NCBI GenBank assembly: GCA_038087875.1
Contig: CM075993.1
Location: forward strand, 4,094,001-4,158,000
Direction: 5' to 3'
Source: Malacoraja senta
Taxonomy: Eukaryota
Length of the DNA: 64,000 nucleotides
The notes under the pieces were generated by a model. It worked only from the letters and a program-made list of their open reading frames with translations. It did not search any database and was not told where the DNA came from. Positions within the stretch are counted from its first letter, which is position 1; each line of letters opens with the position of its first letter. Positions 38,622-50,335 of the stretch are shown here, in pieces. A program made the translations under genes and the position numbers.

Positions 38622-39500
38622 AATTCTACACGTAGAGTCCATCGTAGAGTCTGTTCTCACCTTCTCCATCATGGTCTGGTTTGGCTCAGCCACCAAGCAC
38701 GACACCTGGAGGCTGCAGCGAATCGTCCGATCAGCAGAGAAGGTTATTGGCTGCAACCTTCCCACCATTGACGAACTGTACACTGCAAGGGCCAGGAAGC
38801 GAGCGGGCAAGATCATCTCTGACCCCTCTCACCCTGGCCACAAACTCTTTGAACCACTTCCCTCTGGAAGGCGACTCCGGACTGTCAAAGCTGCCACAGC
38901 CAGACATAAAAACAGTTTTTATCCACGAGTAGTTGCTCTACTCAACAGCCAAAAATCTGTAGCCTCCCTTTGATCTAAGCGGAAGCTCAGAGGGGATAGA
39001 GCCTTCTCTGTTGCTGCTCCTGCACTCTGGAACACCCTGCCGTTGCACATCAGACAGGCCCCCCCCTCACTGTCCATCTTCAAAACCAGTATTAAAACAC
39101 ATTTATATTCCTTGGCTTTTGACACTGCTTGAGACTTTGCTCCTGTTTTTAGTGCTTTTAATGTTTTTAATTTTATTGTTTTTACTCTTTCGTTTAATGT
39201 TTTTATTGTTATGTAATAATTTCTTGTCCATGATTAGTCACGTAGAGCACTTTGTTGCAACTGCGGTTGTTTTTAAAGTCTCTATAATAAAGTTATTATT
39301 CGTATTGATCTGGGTATTTGTTGGTTCACATGCTTGATCAATGGTGTTTTATCATGAATGTCTTATTATTATTAATGTTTAGTGTTTTCTGAGTTCATTC
39401 GTAACTGTTACTGTATGTCATATTGTTACTTGTGGGCAGAGCACCAAGGCAAATTCCTTGTATGTGAATATTTGGCCAATAAACATACTTACTTACTTAC
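38622..39500 (+). mobile_element. Rex1/Babar LINE 3' fragment interrupted by an L2 tail
   Basis: VWFGSA...LQRIVRSAEK...DPSHPGH...SGRR; (ACTT)n tail; uninterrupted 3'UTR copy at about 45007-45212. Confidence 0.85.
38977..39305 (+). mobile_element. L2-clade LINE 3' end
   Basis: RGDRAFSVAAPALWNTLP...FK...KTHLY..AF; TSD TGATCT. Confidence 0.75.
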
Positions 39501-40242
39501 TTTCCTGCACATGGGGGGAGGGGGCAATTTATAAAGGCCAATTAATGCACAAAGCCCTACATCATTTTAAAGGAGGAAATTGAATGTTTAACTGTGTGGA
39601 ACTGGAAGCTGATATGTCTCGAATGTACCCGTGGCAGGTGAAAGAGGTGTCATTGTATACCATGCACCTTGGCTATTACAATATGTCTAATCCATTGACT
39701 TTGAAGTGTGTTTTCTGCATCGGTGTGATTGGTTCCTGGTTGCTGCTCAGACTCTCGACAACAAACTGAACAGGTTGTGACAACTGCACTCCCTAAAGCC
39801 AAGAGGACGTGAGAATAAAGCTTGCATTCAGATGCCAAGACAAAGTGGCCATTTATCTTCAGAGAAGGCAGGCTTCGGGTCGCGAAGGTAAACGCTGCAG
39901 ATTCCACTGCCTTTCTTGCAAACAAAACAGCAGGGTGGAAAACCATTCAGGTTGGTGAACCCCAAGAAGCTTGGTCAAGTGTCTGAAGAAGGGTCTGGAC
40001 CAGAGGTGTCGCCCATTCCTTCACTCCAGAGATGCTGCCTCTCCCTCAGAGTTACTCCAGTCTATCCTAAATTTGCTGCTCCTCTGAGCTTGCATTGGGT
40101 GTCGAATTAGAAAAAAACCCAAAGGGAGTTGAATCAGGAGTCCAGCAAGAAACATTTTGACAAAACTTTTCAAGCTAACTTAGTTTTACCTCAGCCCTTG
40201 TTGACTCCCTTCCAGACGTTGGTGGGACGTGGAAGAAAGGAA

Positions 40243-40512
40243 ATGCACCGATCCGGGCTGGAAATTGAAAACAAGGAGCTGGACTTCGACTTTGAGATCG
40301 TCAACGTGCAGTTTAACCAGCTGGGCCGCTATGTGTTGAGGCTGGAGGTGGAGAACCCGCTGCTGGAGGGCTCGGCGGCGGCGTCAGGCTGCGGCTCAAT
40401 GGCGGCAAGGCCCAGTGTACCAGCGCCGCCATCACCGACGTGGTGGCCCAGACCGCCCTCGGAGACATCCACTCGCCCGCCAGCAGGAGATTCCTCTTCA
40501 CGCTTCCCAAAG
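40243..40512 (+). CDS. CCDC33: CCDC33 first recognisable coding exon (one apparent 1-nt deletion near 40373)
   Basis: ELDFDFEIVNVQFNQLGRYVLRLEVENPLL, then in shifted frame VRLRLNGG...AITDVVAQ...FLFTLPKG, resembling CCDC33 [28 protein letters not shown]...ITDVIEQ...FIFTLPKG; acceptor at 40214-40215, donor at 40513. Confidence 0.9.
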
Positions 40513-40720
40513 GTACAAACATTTAAACAACAAACCTCCTCATTTTAGGGTGAGTGTGTGTGTGTGTGTGTGAGAGTGAGTGTGGGAGAGTGAGTGTGTG
40601 AGAGAGAGAGTGAGTGTGTGAGATGATTGCTGCGGCCTGGGGGTTTCCAGTCGGTTGGGGTGTGGAGTTTTGGGCGTCGAGTGGAAGGTGGGAGGCCTGG
40701 AGCTGTGATCAAAATCTAGT

Positions 40721-41240
40721 CTCCTCCCTTCCCTCTCCTCTCCTCCCTCCCCTCTTCCTTCCTTCCCTCTTCCTTCCTTCCCCTCTTCCTTCCTTCCCCC
40801 CTTCCTTCCTTCCCCCCTTCCTTCCTTCCTTCCTCCCTCCCTTCCTCCCTTCCTCCCTTCTTCCCCCCTTCCCCCCTTTTCCCCCCTTTCCCCTTCCCCT
40901 TTCTTTCCCTTCCTTCCTTCCTTTCCTTCCCTTCCTTTCCCTCCCCCCCTTCCCTTCCCTTCCTTCCTTTCCCTTCCTTCCTTTATCTTCCTTCCTTCCT
41001 TCCTTCCTTCCTTCCTTCCTCCCTTCCTTCCTTCCTTCCTTCCTTCCTTCCTTTCTTCCTTCCTTCCTTCCTTCCTCCCTTTCCCTTCCTTCGCACTCTC
41101 TCCTCCTTTTTCCCCACTCCTCTCTCCCTTGGCTTTTCCTTCCCTCTCTTCTTTCTTCCCTTTCCTTCTTCCCTCTCGCCTTCCTTCTCTTTCCTACTCT
41201 TCCCCTTCCCTCTCTCCTTCCCCCCCTCCTCTCTCCTTGC
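40721..41240. repeat. Polypyrimidine (CCTT)n-type low-complexity tract
   Basis: About 520 bp almost exclusively C/T. Confidence 0.95.
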
Positions 41241-42066
41241 CAGCACTTCTCAGTTTCCTTTTAAATCTTTCCCGTATCACCTGGTGCCCTCTAGTTCTTC
41301 ACTCCAGTACCCAAGATAAAAGACTGTACATTCAGCCTATCTATTCCCCTCATGATTTTATACACCTCTATAATATCAACCCTCTGGAACTACCCTTTGC
41401 TTTGTCCTTGCTAAGGTCCATGGCACTAGTTACAGCTAAAACATTGCTTATTTCACGGCCAATTTCTGAAATCTTATGTGATCAAATTGGCTGCAATATG
41501 TAAACATGGTAGCCATTGGCTACAACTTTGAATATGGAACAATATGTTATGGTAACAGGCCCTTTGGCCCACCATGTCTGTGCTGGACATTTTGCCAAGA
41601 TAAACTGCCTGGACATGATCCATGTTCCTTCATGCTCTCCACATCCATATGCCTATTTAAAAGCCTCTCAAACGCCGCAATGTTATCTGCCTCCACCACT
41701 ACCCCAGGTAATGTGTTCCAGGCACAGTGGCGCAGCGGTAGAGTTGCTGAATTACAGTGCTGTCTGTACGGAGTTTGTACGTTCTCCCTGTGAATGACTA
41801 AATGCTTTCAGGGTGCTGCTCCGTCCACGTAGGCTTTCTCAGAGATCTTCAATTTCCTCCCACACTCCAAAGACATACAGGCTATGTAGCTTAATTGGTA
41901 TAAAATGTTAAATTGTTAAACTAAACTTTACTAAGACTCCACCTGTGTGAGTAATATAAACAACTTGCCCCACACCTTTGCCCTTTGAGCATTGTCCCTC
42001 TCACCATGGGACGTGCATCGGGATGTTTGCATGCTATATAATTGTATCCCTTTCTTCCGTTTAAAG

Positions 42067-42495
42067 GTTACTGCCAAAATGATAAAAACCATGATGTGAG
42101 GCTGCACATCGAGGCCTTTCGGGTGACTGGCTCGTCGCTGAAGGGGGGCAGAAGGCAGGGGAAGCTTTCTTCGCCATCTACCCACGGACAGACGCGCCCA
42201 GGATAAACATTTTGGCCAAGGACGACGAGGACTTTTACTGCTACAGCAGCATCATGGCTTTGCTCAGGGTGCAGGACGACGCGCTGTCCATGCATTGCGG
42301 GAGGATGGCCTACAAGGTGCGTTTCCATGAGACCCCGCCACTGAGGACTGAATCCCCCCGCCAGCGAGCAGAGGCCGAGCTCCCACCCAACCCATTAGCC
42401 CAACCTTACCGCCAGTGGCAGCTCGCAAATCGACCCCCAACCCGTTGATGAAGCAGCGCGCGCCATCTCCACCATCGTCTTCACCTGTTCCACAG
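42067..42495 (+). CDS. CCDC33: CCDC33 next coding exon (two apparent 1-nt deletions, in G6 at 42143-42148 and C6 at 42354-42359)
   Basis: GYCQNDKNHDVRLHIEAF / KAGEAFFAIYPRTDAPRIN...EDFYCY...HCGRMAYKVRFH resembles GFCKNDGQHDAQLHVEAL...GEAIFPIYPRPDQPRMN...HCGSLAYSVAFH; 3' end CAG|GTGGGT less certain. Confidence 0.85.
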
Positions 42496-43267
42496 GTGGG
42501 TAAAGAAACCAATACAATTAGACTTTTTAAAAGACATTTGGACAGGTATATAGATAGGACGGGTTGAGAGGGATATGGACCAAATGCAGGCAAATGGGAT
42601 TAGCCCAGAATGTTCAAGAGTTAGATAGGGCTCTTAAAATAGCAGAGTCAGGGGATATGGGGAGAAGGCAGGAACGGGGTACTGATTGGGGATGATCAAT
42701 CATGATCACAATGAATGGCGGTGCTGGCTCGAAGGGCTAAATGGCCTACTCCTGCACCTAATGTCTATTGTCTATTCAAGATTCAAGAGAGTTTATTGTT
42801 ATGTGTCCCAGATAGGACAATGAAATTCTTGCTTTGCTTCAGCACAACAAAATATAATAGGCATGAATACAGAACAGATCAGTGTGTCCATATACCATTG
42901 TATAAATATATACACACAAGAATAAATAAACAGATAAAGTGTAAATAAACAGATAATGGGCTATTAATGTTCAGAGTTTTGTTGAGTTGAGTTTAATAGC
43001 CTGATGGCTGTGGGGAAGCAGCTATTCCTGAACCTGGTCGTTGCAGTTTTCAGGGCTCCTGTACCTTCTACCTGAAGGTAGCGGGGAGATGAGTGTGTGG
43101 CCAGGATGGTGTGGGTCCTTGATGATGCTGCCAGCCTTTTAGAGGCAGCGACAGGATGGCAGGGACAGGATGGGATGGAGGGTCTGTTTCCGTGCTGTAC
43201 AGATCAGAGACACAGCATGGAAAGAGCCCACCCAGAACACTTGGTCAGGTATTATTAATCTGGGTGG

Positions 43268-43543
43268 TGTGGGGTCAGCTGATAGTCAGACCACTTGCGG
43301 TCGAACCCTCGTCAGTGGTTACGAGGGCTGTGACATGACGTCATGGGTTAAGGGGAGTGTCCTGCTACATAAGCAGATCTCACCTGGAGATCATCAGTTG
43401 ACAGGTAGCTGAGCTCGAGACAACACCCTCGCTCAGCTACAGCAGCAATGACAATATGTTAGAGGACCCAAACGTGTATGTATTTCGAACCTATTATGTC
43501 TGAATAAAGCAACTGTTTATTCACCACGTTTGGTAACACTACA
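43268..43543 (+). mobile_element. Solo LTR (Gypsy/ERV-type) using a tRNA-Trp primer
   Basis: TGT...ACA termini; CRE TGACGTCA at 43336-43343; TATA-like TACATAAG; AATAAA at 43503-43508; followed by TGGTGACCCCGACGTGAT; flanking (G)GTGG duplication. Confidence 0.8.
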
Positions 43544-43544
43544 T

Positions 43545-43581
43545 TGGTGACCCCGACGTGATTCGAATGCGCAGCCTTCTG
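43545..43581 (-). tRNA. Copy of the 3' half of mature tRNA-Trp including CCA (extended PBS, not a tRNA gene)
   Basis: Reverse complement CAGAAGGCTGCGCATTCGAATCACGTCGGGGTCACCA matches the recalled vertebrate tRNA-Trp 3' end with about 2 mismatches. Confidence 0.85.
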
Positions 43582-44169
43582 GTGGTTTAATCTGTGACCA
43601 TTAGGCTATTCAATACTGCAACCTCCAAATATGCTAAAACTACATCAACTATTATTGCACTATTATTGTTTGTTGCACTATGAAAGGCTTGGATAGAGTG
43701 GATGTGGGGATGTTGTTTCCGCTCGTGGGAGAGTCCAGGACTAGAGGTCTTAGCTTCAGAATTAAAGGACGTTCCTTTAGCAAGGAGATGAGGAGGAATT
43801 TCTCCAGTCAGAGGGTGGTGAATCTGTGGAATTCGTTGCCGCAGAAGGCTGTGGAGGCCAAGTCAATAGATATTTTCAAGGCAGAGATAGATAGATTCTT
43901 AATTAGTACGGGTGTCAGGGGCAATGGGGAGAAGGCAGGGCAATGGGGTTAGGAGGGAGAGATAGATCAGCTGTGATTGAATGGCGGAGTAGACTTGTTG
44001 GGCCGAATGGCCTAATTCTGCTCCTATCACTTACGACCTTATGTTTAAGAAGGAACTGCAGATGCTGGAAAAATCGAAGGTAGACAAAAATGCTGGAGAA
44101 ACTCAGCGGGTGAGGCCTCACCCGCTGAGTTTCTCCCGCATTTTTGTCTACCTAGGACTTGTGTTTGTT

Positions 44170-44294
44170 TGTTATGTGTATGTACGTGTGCATGTGTGTG
44201 GGTATATATACATATGTGTGTGTATGTATATATAAATATGTATATGTGTGTGTATGTGTATGTGTGTGAGTATATATATGTGTGTATATATATT

Positions 44295-44336
<42 letters not shown>

Positions 44337-44380
44337 TGTGTGTGTATATATATATATATGTATGTGTGTGTATATATATT

Positions 44381-44443
<63 letters not shown>

Positions 44444-44452
44444 ATATATATA
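44170..44452. repeat. Compound (TG)n/(TA)n microsatellite
   Basis: Direct observation. Confidence 0.95.
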
Positions 44453-44613
44453 CTGAACTTTTATTTCTCGTTTATTATATTGCTTACAGTGTACTATGTT
44501 TACATATTCTGTTGAATAGCCTATTGGTCTCAAAGAATTTAATTGTTCTATCTGGGACATAGGACAATAAAACACTCTTGTCTCAATTTTTTCTCTCCAT
44601 CAATTACCAACAG

Positions 44614-44796
44614 CAGACTGAACCCAAGGGGGAAACTGACCCTGAACCTTTGCCTGAGGCCCCCGAGGGAAGCTCATCTCCTAACCCAGTGGCTGACAAT
44701 CCCCCGCATCAGCGGCAATCCAGTGATTCCAGCTTTCGTCTATCGTCTCCGGAGCACATCCCCGCAAGAAGTTTTGAAAGGCATCCCTCCTCGCAC
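44614..44796 (+). CDS. CCDC33: Probable CCDC33 Pro/Ser-rich linker exon (QTEPKGETDPEPLPEAPEG...HPSSH)
   Basis: Unique sequence; pyrimidine tract plus CAG; GTGAGT donor; 183 nt open, phase 0 to 0; no recalled homology. Confidence 0.55.
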
Positions 44797-45514
44797 GTGA
44801 GTACAGATAACACTGGAAATCTCTACCACTGAAGGCAGTGGAGGCCAACTCACTGGATGTTTTCAAGGGAGAGCTAGATTCAGCTCTTGGAGCTAATGGA
44901 ATCAAGGGATATGGGGAGAAAGCAGGAACAGGGTACTGATTTTAGATGATCAACCTTGATCATATTGAATGGCGGTGCTGGCTCGAAGGGCCGAATGGCC
45001 CACTATTGTAGCATCCCTTTGATCTGGTATTTTGTTGGTTCACATGCTTGATCAATGGTGTTTTATCACTAAATGTTTTATTATTATTCATGTTTAGTGT
45101 TTTCTGAGTCATTCGTAACTGTATGTCATGTTGTTACTTGTGGGCGGAGCACCAAGGCAAATTCCTTGTATGTGAATACTTGGCCAATAAACTTACTTAC
45201 TTACTTACTTACTGCACCTATTTTCTCTGTTTCTATGTTATAAAGGACCATAAGAGCAGGGGGGAATTATGTCCGTTATTGATGACTTTTCACTGTGACT
45301 GAGTAAGGGTCCCCCCCCCCAAACACATTTTTTACGTGGATGTTGCTAGGACTCGAGGGCCTGAGCTATTGAGAGAGGTTGAGCAGCCTAGGTCTCTATT
45401 CCTTGGAGCGCTGGAGGATGAGGGATAACCTTATAGAGGTGTATAAAATCATGAGTGGAAGAGATCGGGTAGATGCAAGTAGAGTCTCTTGCCCAGAGTA
45501 GGGGAATTTCAACG

Positions 45515-46190
45515 GGTCGATGGTTGAAAGGGTCAAGAGCTTCAAATTCCTGGACGTGCACATCTCTGAAGATCTTTCCTGGTCCGAGAACACTGATACC
45601 ATTTTTAAGAAAGCACATCAGCGCCACTACTTCCTGAGAAGATTACGGAGAGTCGGTTTGTCAAGGAGGACTCTCTCTAACTTCTACAGGTGCACAGTAG
45701 AGAGCATGCTGACCGGTTGCATCGTGGCTTGGTTCGGCAACTTGAGCGCCCTGGAGAGGAAAAGACTACAAAAAGTAATAAACACTGCCCAGTCCATCAT
45801 CGGCTCTGACCTCCCTTCCATCGAGGGGATCTATCGCAGTCGCTGCCTCGAAAAGGCTGGCAGCATCATCAAGGACCCACACCATCCTGGCCACACACTT
45901 TCAGGTAGAAGGTACAGGAGCCTGAAGACTGCAACGACCAGGTTCAGGAATAGCTACTTCCCCACAGCCATCAATCAGGCTATTAAACCTGGCTCGGACA
46001 AAACACTGAACTTTATTAGCCAATACTGTTATTTGCACTTTACCAGTATATTGATTCATGTGTGTATATATTTATAGAATGCCTTGTAGTCAATGCCTAC
46101 TATGTTCTGTTGTGCTGAAGCAAAGGAAGAATGTCATTGTCCTATCAGGGACACATGACAATAAACTCACTTGACTTGTCTTGACTTGAA
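45515..46190 (+). mobile_element. Rex1/Babar LINE 3' fragment, nested in a CR1
   Basis: VERVKSFKFL...KKAHQRHYFLRRL...SGRRYRS...RNSYFP; AATAAA and (ACTTG)n tail. Confidence 0.88.
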
Positions 46191-46421
46191 TCGAGAATCA
46201 GAGGACATGGGTTCAAGGTGACGGGCGAAAGATTTAATAAGAACCTGAAGAGTAACGTTTTCACACAAAGGGCGGTGGGTGTATGGAACGAGCTGCCAGA
46301 GCAGGTAGCTGAGGCTGGGACTATCTCCGGGTGCTCCGTTTCCTCCCACGTTCCAAAGACGTGCAGGTTTGGAGATTAATTAGCATCTGTAAATTGCCTC
46401 CTAATGTGTGGGATTACATAT

Positions 46422-46735
46422 GGGCAGCACGGTGGCGCAGCGGTAGAGTCGCTGCCTCACGGCGCCTGGGGTCACAGGTTCGATCCTGACGACGGGCGCT
46501 GTCTGTACGGAGTTTGTACGTTCTCCCCGTGACCTGCGTGGGTTTTCTCCGAGATCTTCAGTTTCCCCCCACACTCCGAAGGCGTACAGGTTTGTAGGTT
46601 AATCGCCTTGGTGTAAATGTGTAAATTGTCCCTAGTGTGCGTGTGGGATAGTGTCAATGTGCGGGGATCGCTGGGCGGTGCGGACTCGGTGGGCCGAAGG
46701 GCCTGTTTCCGTACTGTATCTCTAAACTAAACTAA
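46422..46735 (+). mobile_element. tRNA-derived V-SINE (HE1-like), full length
   Basis: A box TGGCGCAGCGG; B box GGTTCGATCC; V-domain GGAGTTTGTACGTTCTCCCCGTG; CR1-like tail; (TAAAC)n. Further copies near 173, 1870, 6357, 11760(-), 12890, 25110, 27875, 29110, 32208, 41720, 59195(-), 62523. Confidence 0.9.
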
Positions 46736-47741
46736 TGGTCCAAAAGAGAGTGGCTCACAATGACCTTCTTGAAGGCTGTAGGAGACAGTCAATAAATGCT
46801 GACCTTTCAAACAAAGGGCTCATCCAGTGTGAATGAGAAAAGGTACAGTACAGCCCTAAAGGGCTGATTGGCCTCCCCCCCTCCCCCCCCACCAAAACAT
46901 TTCAGAAACCCTAGGTACACAAAAATGCTGGAGAAACTCAGCGAGTGCAGCAGCATCTATGGAGCGAAGGAAATAGGCAATTAAAACGTCACCTATCTCC
47001 TTCACTCCATAGATGCTGCTGCACCCGCTGAGTTCCTCCAGCATTTTTGTGTGCCTTCGATTTTCCAGCATCTGCAGTTCCTTCTTTAACATTTCAGAAA
47101 CCCTGACAGATTAATGGAGGTTTCTGACACGCATTTGGCGTGTTAATAGATCGCAACGAAACAAGTTTGTGGCAGAACATAACAAGCCATTAACTACAGC
47201 CGTGCGTTTCCTTTAGTAGCTCAGTGTACCCGATTCAGGCAGCATGATAAACACTGACAGGAGCTCAGAAGACAGGATTGTTTAATGAGGTGAAGCATTG
47301 GCGAACAAGCCATTGAAAATTCTCTTTCAAAGCGGCTGCTGAACCCAGACAGCTCGTGGATAAGAAAATGGCTGCTTTCTTTTACTGGTTCGTAGGTTCT
47401 GGCCCCAGAGGAACAGATCCACCAGACTTGGCTCACTGTCAACCTACTTAAAAAATGCTCCGATGTTTCAAGCTCGGTGCATTGTTTCTTGAATGGGTTT
47501 AAGAAGGAACTGCAGATGCTGCAAAATCGAAGGTAGACAAAAGTGCTGGAGAAACTCAGCGGGTGCAGTAGCATCTATGGAGCGAAGGAAATAGGCAACG
47601 CTTCGGGCCAAAACCCTTCTTCATATTGATGGGTACTTGAGGCGATGGCTCTCCACACCAAGGATAGGACAGGAGAGGCAAAGGGCTGCTTGCTATCCTT
47701 TGTCAATTCAGCAAGTGTTTGGTTCATAAGGCCACAAGTGA

Positions 47742-48398
47742 TGATTGATTGATTTTTACTTTATTAATCCCCTTATTCAGGGGAAATTCTGATGTCCTTG
47801 CAGCACACTAATAAAATACAACATAGCATTAAGAAGTTTAACATTAAACATAAAAACAACCCCCCACAATGGTTCCCACTGTGGGGGAAGGCACAAAGTC
47901 CAGTCCCCATCCCCATGTCCACCCATAGTCGGGCCTATTGAGGCCTCCACAGTCGCCACTACGAAGGCCCGATGTTCCTGGCTGTTCTCGCCGGGTGATG
48001 GTACTCCGGCGTCGGGAGAACCCTCTCAGCGGCTTGGGGTGCCAGGAACGGCCGCCTTCTTACTGGAGACCGCAGCTTCCAAGCCAACAGGCCACTCTGG
48101 ACGGAGCTGCACATACTGGCGATCTCGGCGAGAGATCCCAGGCTCCGCGATGTTAAAGTCAGCGCCGCCGCCCGCAGCTGGCCGCTCCACAGACCCGCGA
48201 TGTTTCTATCGGCGGTCCCCGCAGCTGGCCGCTCCACAGACCCGCGGCTCCGTGATGTTTTTGTCGGCGGTCCCAGCATACCGGAGTTCCAGCATGGCGA
48301 CCCAGACAAGGCATCGCCCGCTCCGCGATAGCGCTCCAGCGCTGTGCCGCCGCCGAAGCCGAGGTTCTGGCCAGGTCCCCTCAGGAAACGCCGCTCCA
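47742..48398 (-). mobile_element. GC-rich unclassified non-autonomous retroposon
   Basis: On minus strand ends in AATAAA and (ATCA)n; shares a GACTTTG..CCTTCC..CACAG motif with copies at about 10345-10620 and 57260-57590. Confidence 0.4.
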
Positions 48399-50019
48399 GT
48401 GATGGGAGCAGAATTAGGCCATTCGGCCCATCAAGTCTATTCTGCCCTTCAATCATGGCCGATCTATCTCTCCCTCCTAACCCCATTCTTCTGGCCTTCT
48501 CCCCATAACCCCTGACACCCGTACTAATTGGGAATCTACCTATCTTTGCCTTAAAAATATCTATTGACTTGGCCTCCACAGCATTCTGTGGCAAAGAATT
48601 CCACAGATTCACCACCCTCTGACTCAAGAAATTCCTCCTCATCCCCTTCATATAGGAAAGTCCCTTAATTTCTTTGTTTCTATTAGAGCTCTCGGGGCTA
48701 GAGGAGTCAGGGGATATGGGGAGAAGGCAGGCACGGGTTATTGATAGGGGACGATGAGCCATGATCGCAATGAATGGCGGTGCTGTCTCGAAGGGCCGAA
48801 TGGCCTCCTCCTGCACCTATTTCCTATGTTTCTATGTTTCTATGTTAATTCTGAGGCTATGCCCTCTAGTCATAGACTCTCCCACTAGTGGAAACAGTGG
48901 GGAATTTGCAAACTCCACACAGACAGCACCGGAGATCGGGATCAATCCCAGATTACCGGAACAGCGAGGCAGCAGCACCACCTGCTGTGCCACTCTGCCG
49001 ACTAGGTCTCGTGTCTTGCACTGCGTGATGTCACTTCAGCTACCTGCCAAAGAAGCATAAACCTTTTGAATATTCCAGCATTTACACTGCGTTTAGTCGT
49101 GCAGACTGTCCCCTCTGTGACCAGAATCTATGAGCAGCGATAAAATATTCAACACCTGTCTTTCAGTTGCGTTTCAGACTGGAAGGAAGCCTTCTAGGAA
49201 TTTTCTCCAGTTTCCCCTGCTTCCTTCAGAGAGAACAGCTTCTGTAGTTTTGCTTCTGGAGTCTGCAGCGGAGATCTCAGAGTAACACAAAGTCCTGGAG
49301 TAACTCAGCGGGTCAGACAGCATCACTGCGGGGCATAGATTGCAGTTGTTTCAGATCGGGACCCTCCTTCAGACCGATTGTACTGGGTTGAGGGGGGGGG
49401 GGGGGTGGAAGGTGGGGCAAGACAAAGCCTGGCAAGTGATAGGTGGATACAGATGAGGGAGATGCACAGTCTCTTGCCCAGGGTAAGAGATTTGAGAACC
49501 AGAGGATATTAATAGGAATCTGAGGGACTAACTTTTTCACACAAAGTGTGGTGGGTGTATGGAACCAACTGCCAGAGGAGATGGTGGAGGCTGGGACTAT
49601 CCCAACATTTAAGAAACAGTTAGACAGATACATGGATAGGACAGGTTTGAGGGATATGGACCAAACGCAGGCAGGTGGGACTAGTGTGGGACATGACTTC
49701 TGAAGAAGGGTTTCGACCCGAAACGTTGCCTATTTCCTTCGCTCCATAGATGCTGCCTCACCCGCTGAGATTCTCCAGCATTTTTGTCTCCCTAGTGAGG
49801 GACATGTTGGCCGGTGTGGTCAAGTTGGGCTGAAGGGCCTGTTTCCACTATGACTGTGACATGGGTTTAAAGTGAGGGGGGGGAAGATTTAATAGGTATC
49901 TGTGGGGTAACTGTTTCACACAAAGGGTGGTGGATGTGTGGAACGAGCTGCCAGTGGATGAAGGCTGCAGATGAAAAGGAGACAAAAGATCGTGAGATAA
50001 GAAGAGAAGGCACAAAGAG

Positions 50020-50335
50020 GCAGCGGCAGAGTTGTTGCCTTACAGCGCTTGCAGCGCTGGAGACCCGGGTTCGATCCCGACTACGGGTGCTGTCTGTACG
50101 GAGTTTGTACCTTCTCCCCGTGACCTGCGTGGGATTTCTCCGAGATGTTCGGTTTCCTCCCACACTCCGAAAACGTACAGGCTTGTAGGTTAATTGGCTT
50201 GGTGAAGAAGTGTAAATCACCCCTAATGTGTGTAGGATAGTGTTAATGTGCGCGGATCGCTGATCGGTGCGGACTCGGTGAACCGAAAGGCCTGTTTCCG
50301 CGCTGTATGGAACTAAACTAAACTAAACTAAACGG
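50020..50335 (+). mobile_element. V-SINE (HE1-like)
   Basis: B box, V-domain, (AACTA)n tail. Confidence 0.88.

Noticed and set aside
40614..41503. Pro/Ser/Leu/Phe-rich ORFs
   Set aside because: Translation of the CT low-complexity tract.
44637..44648. DR0 motif TGACCCTGAACC
   Set aside because: Inside a probable coding exon; likely coincidental.
46422..46495. tRNA gene
   Set aside because: tRNA-derived SINE head continuing into the V-domain; same for the other copies.
47959..48816. 285-aa ORF as a gene
   Set aside because: Chimera of CR1 tails and a GC-rich repeat; no coherent domain.
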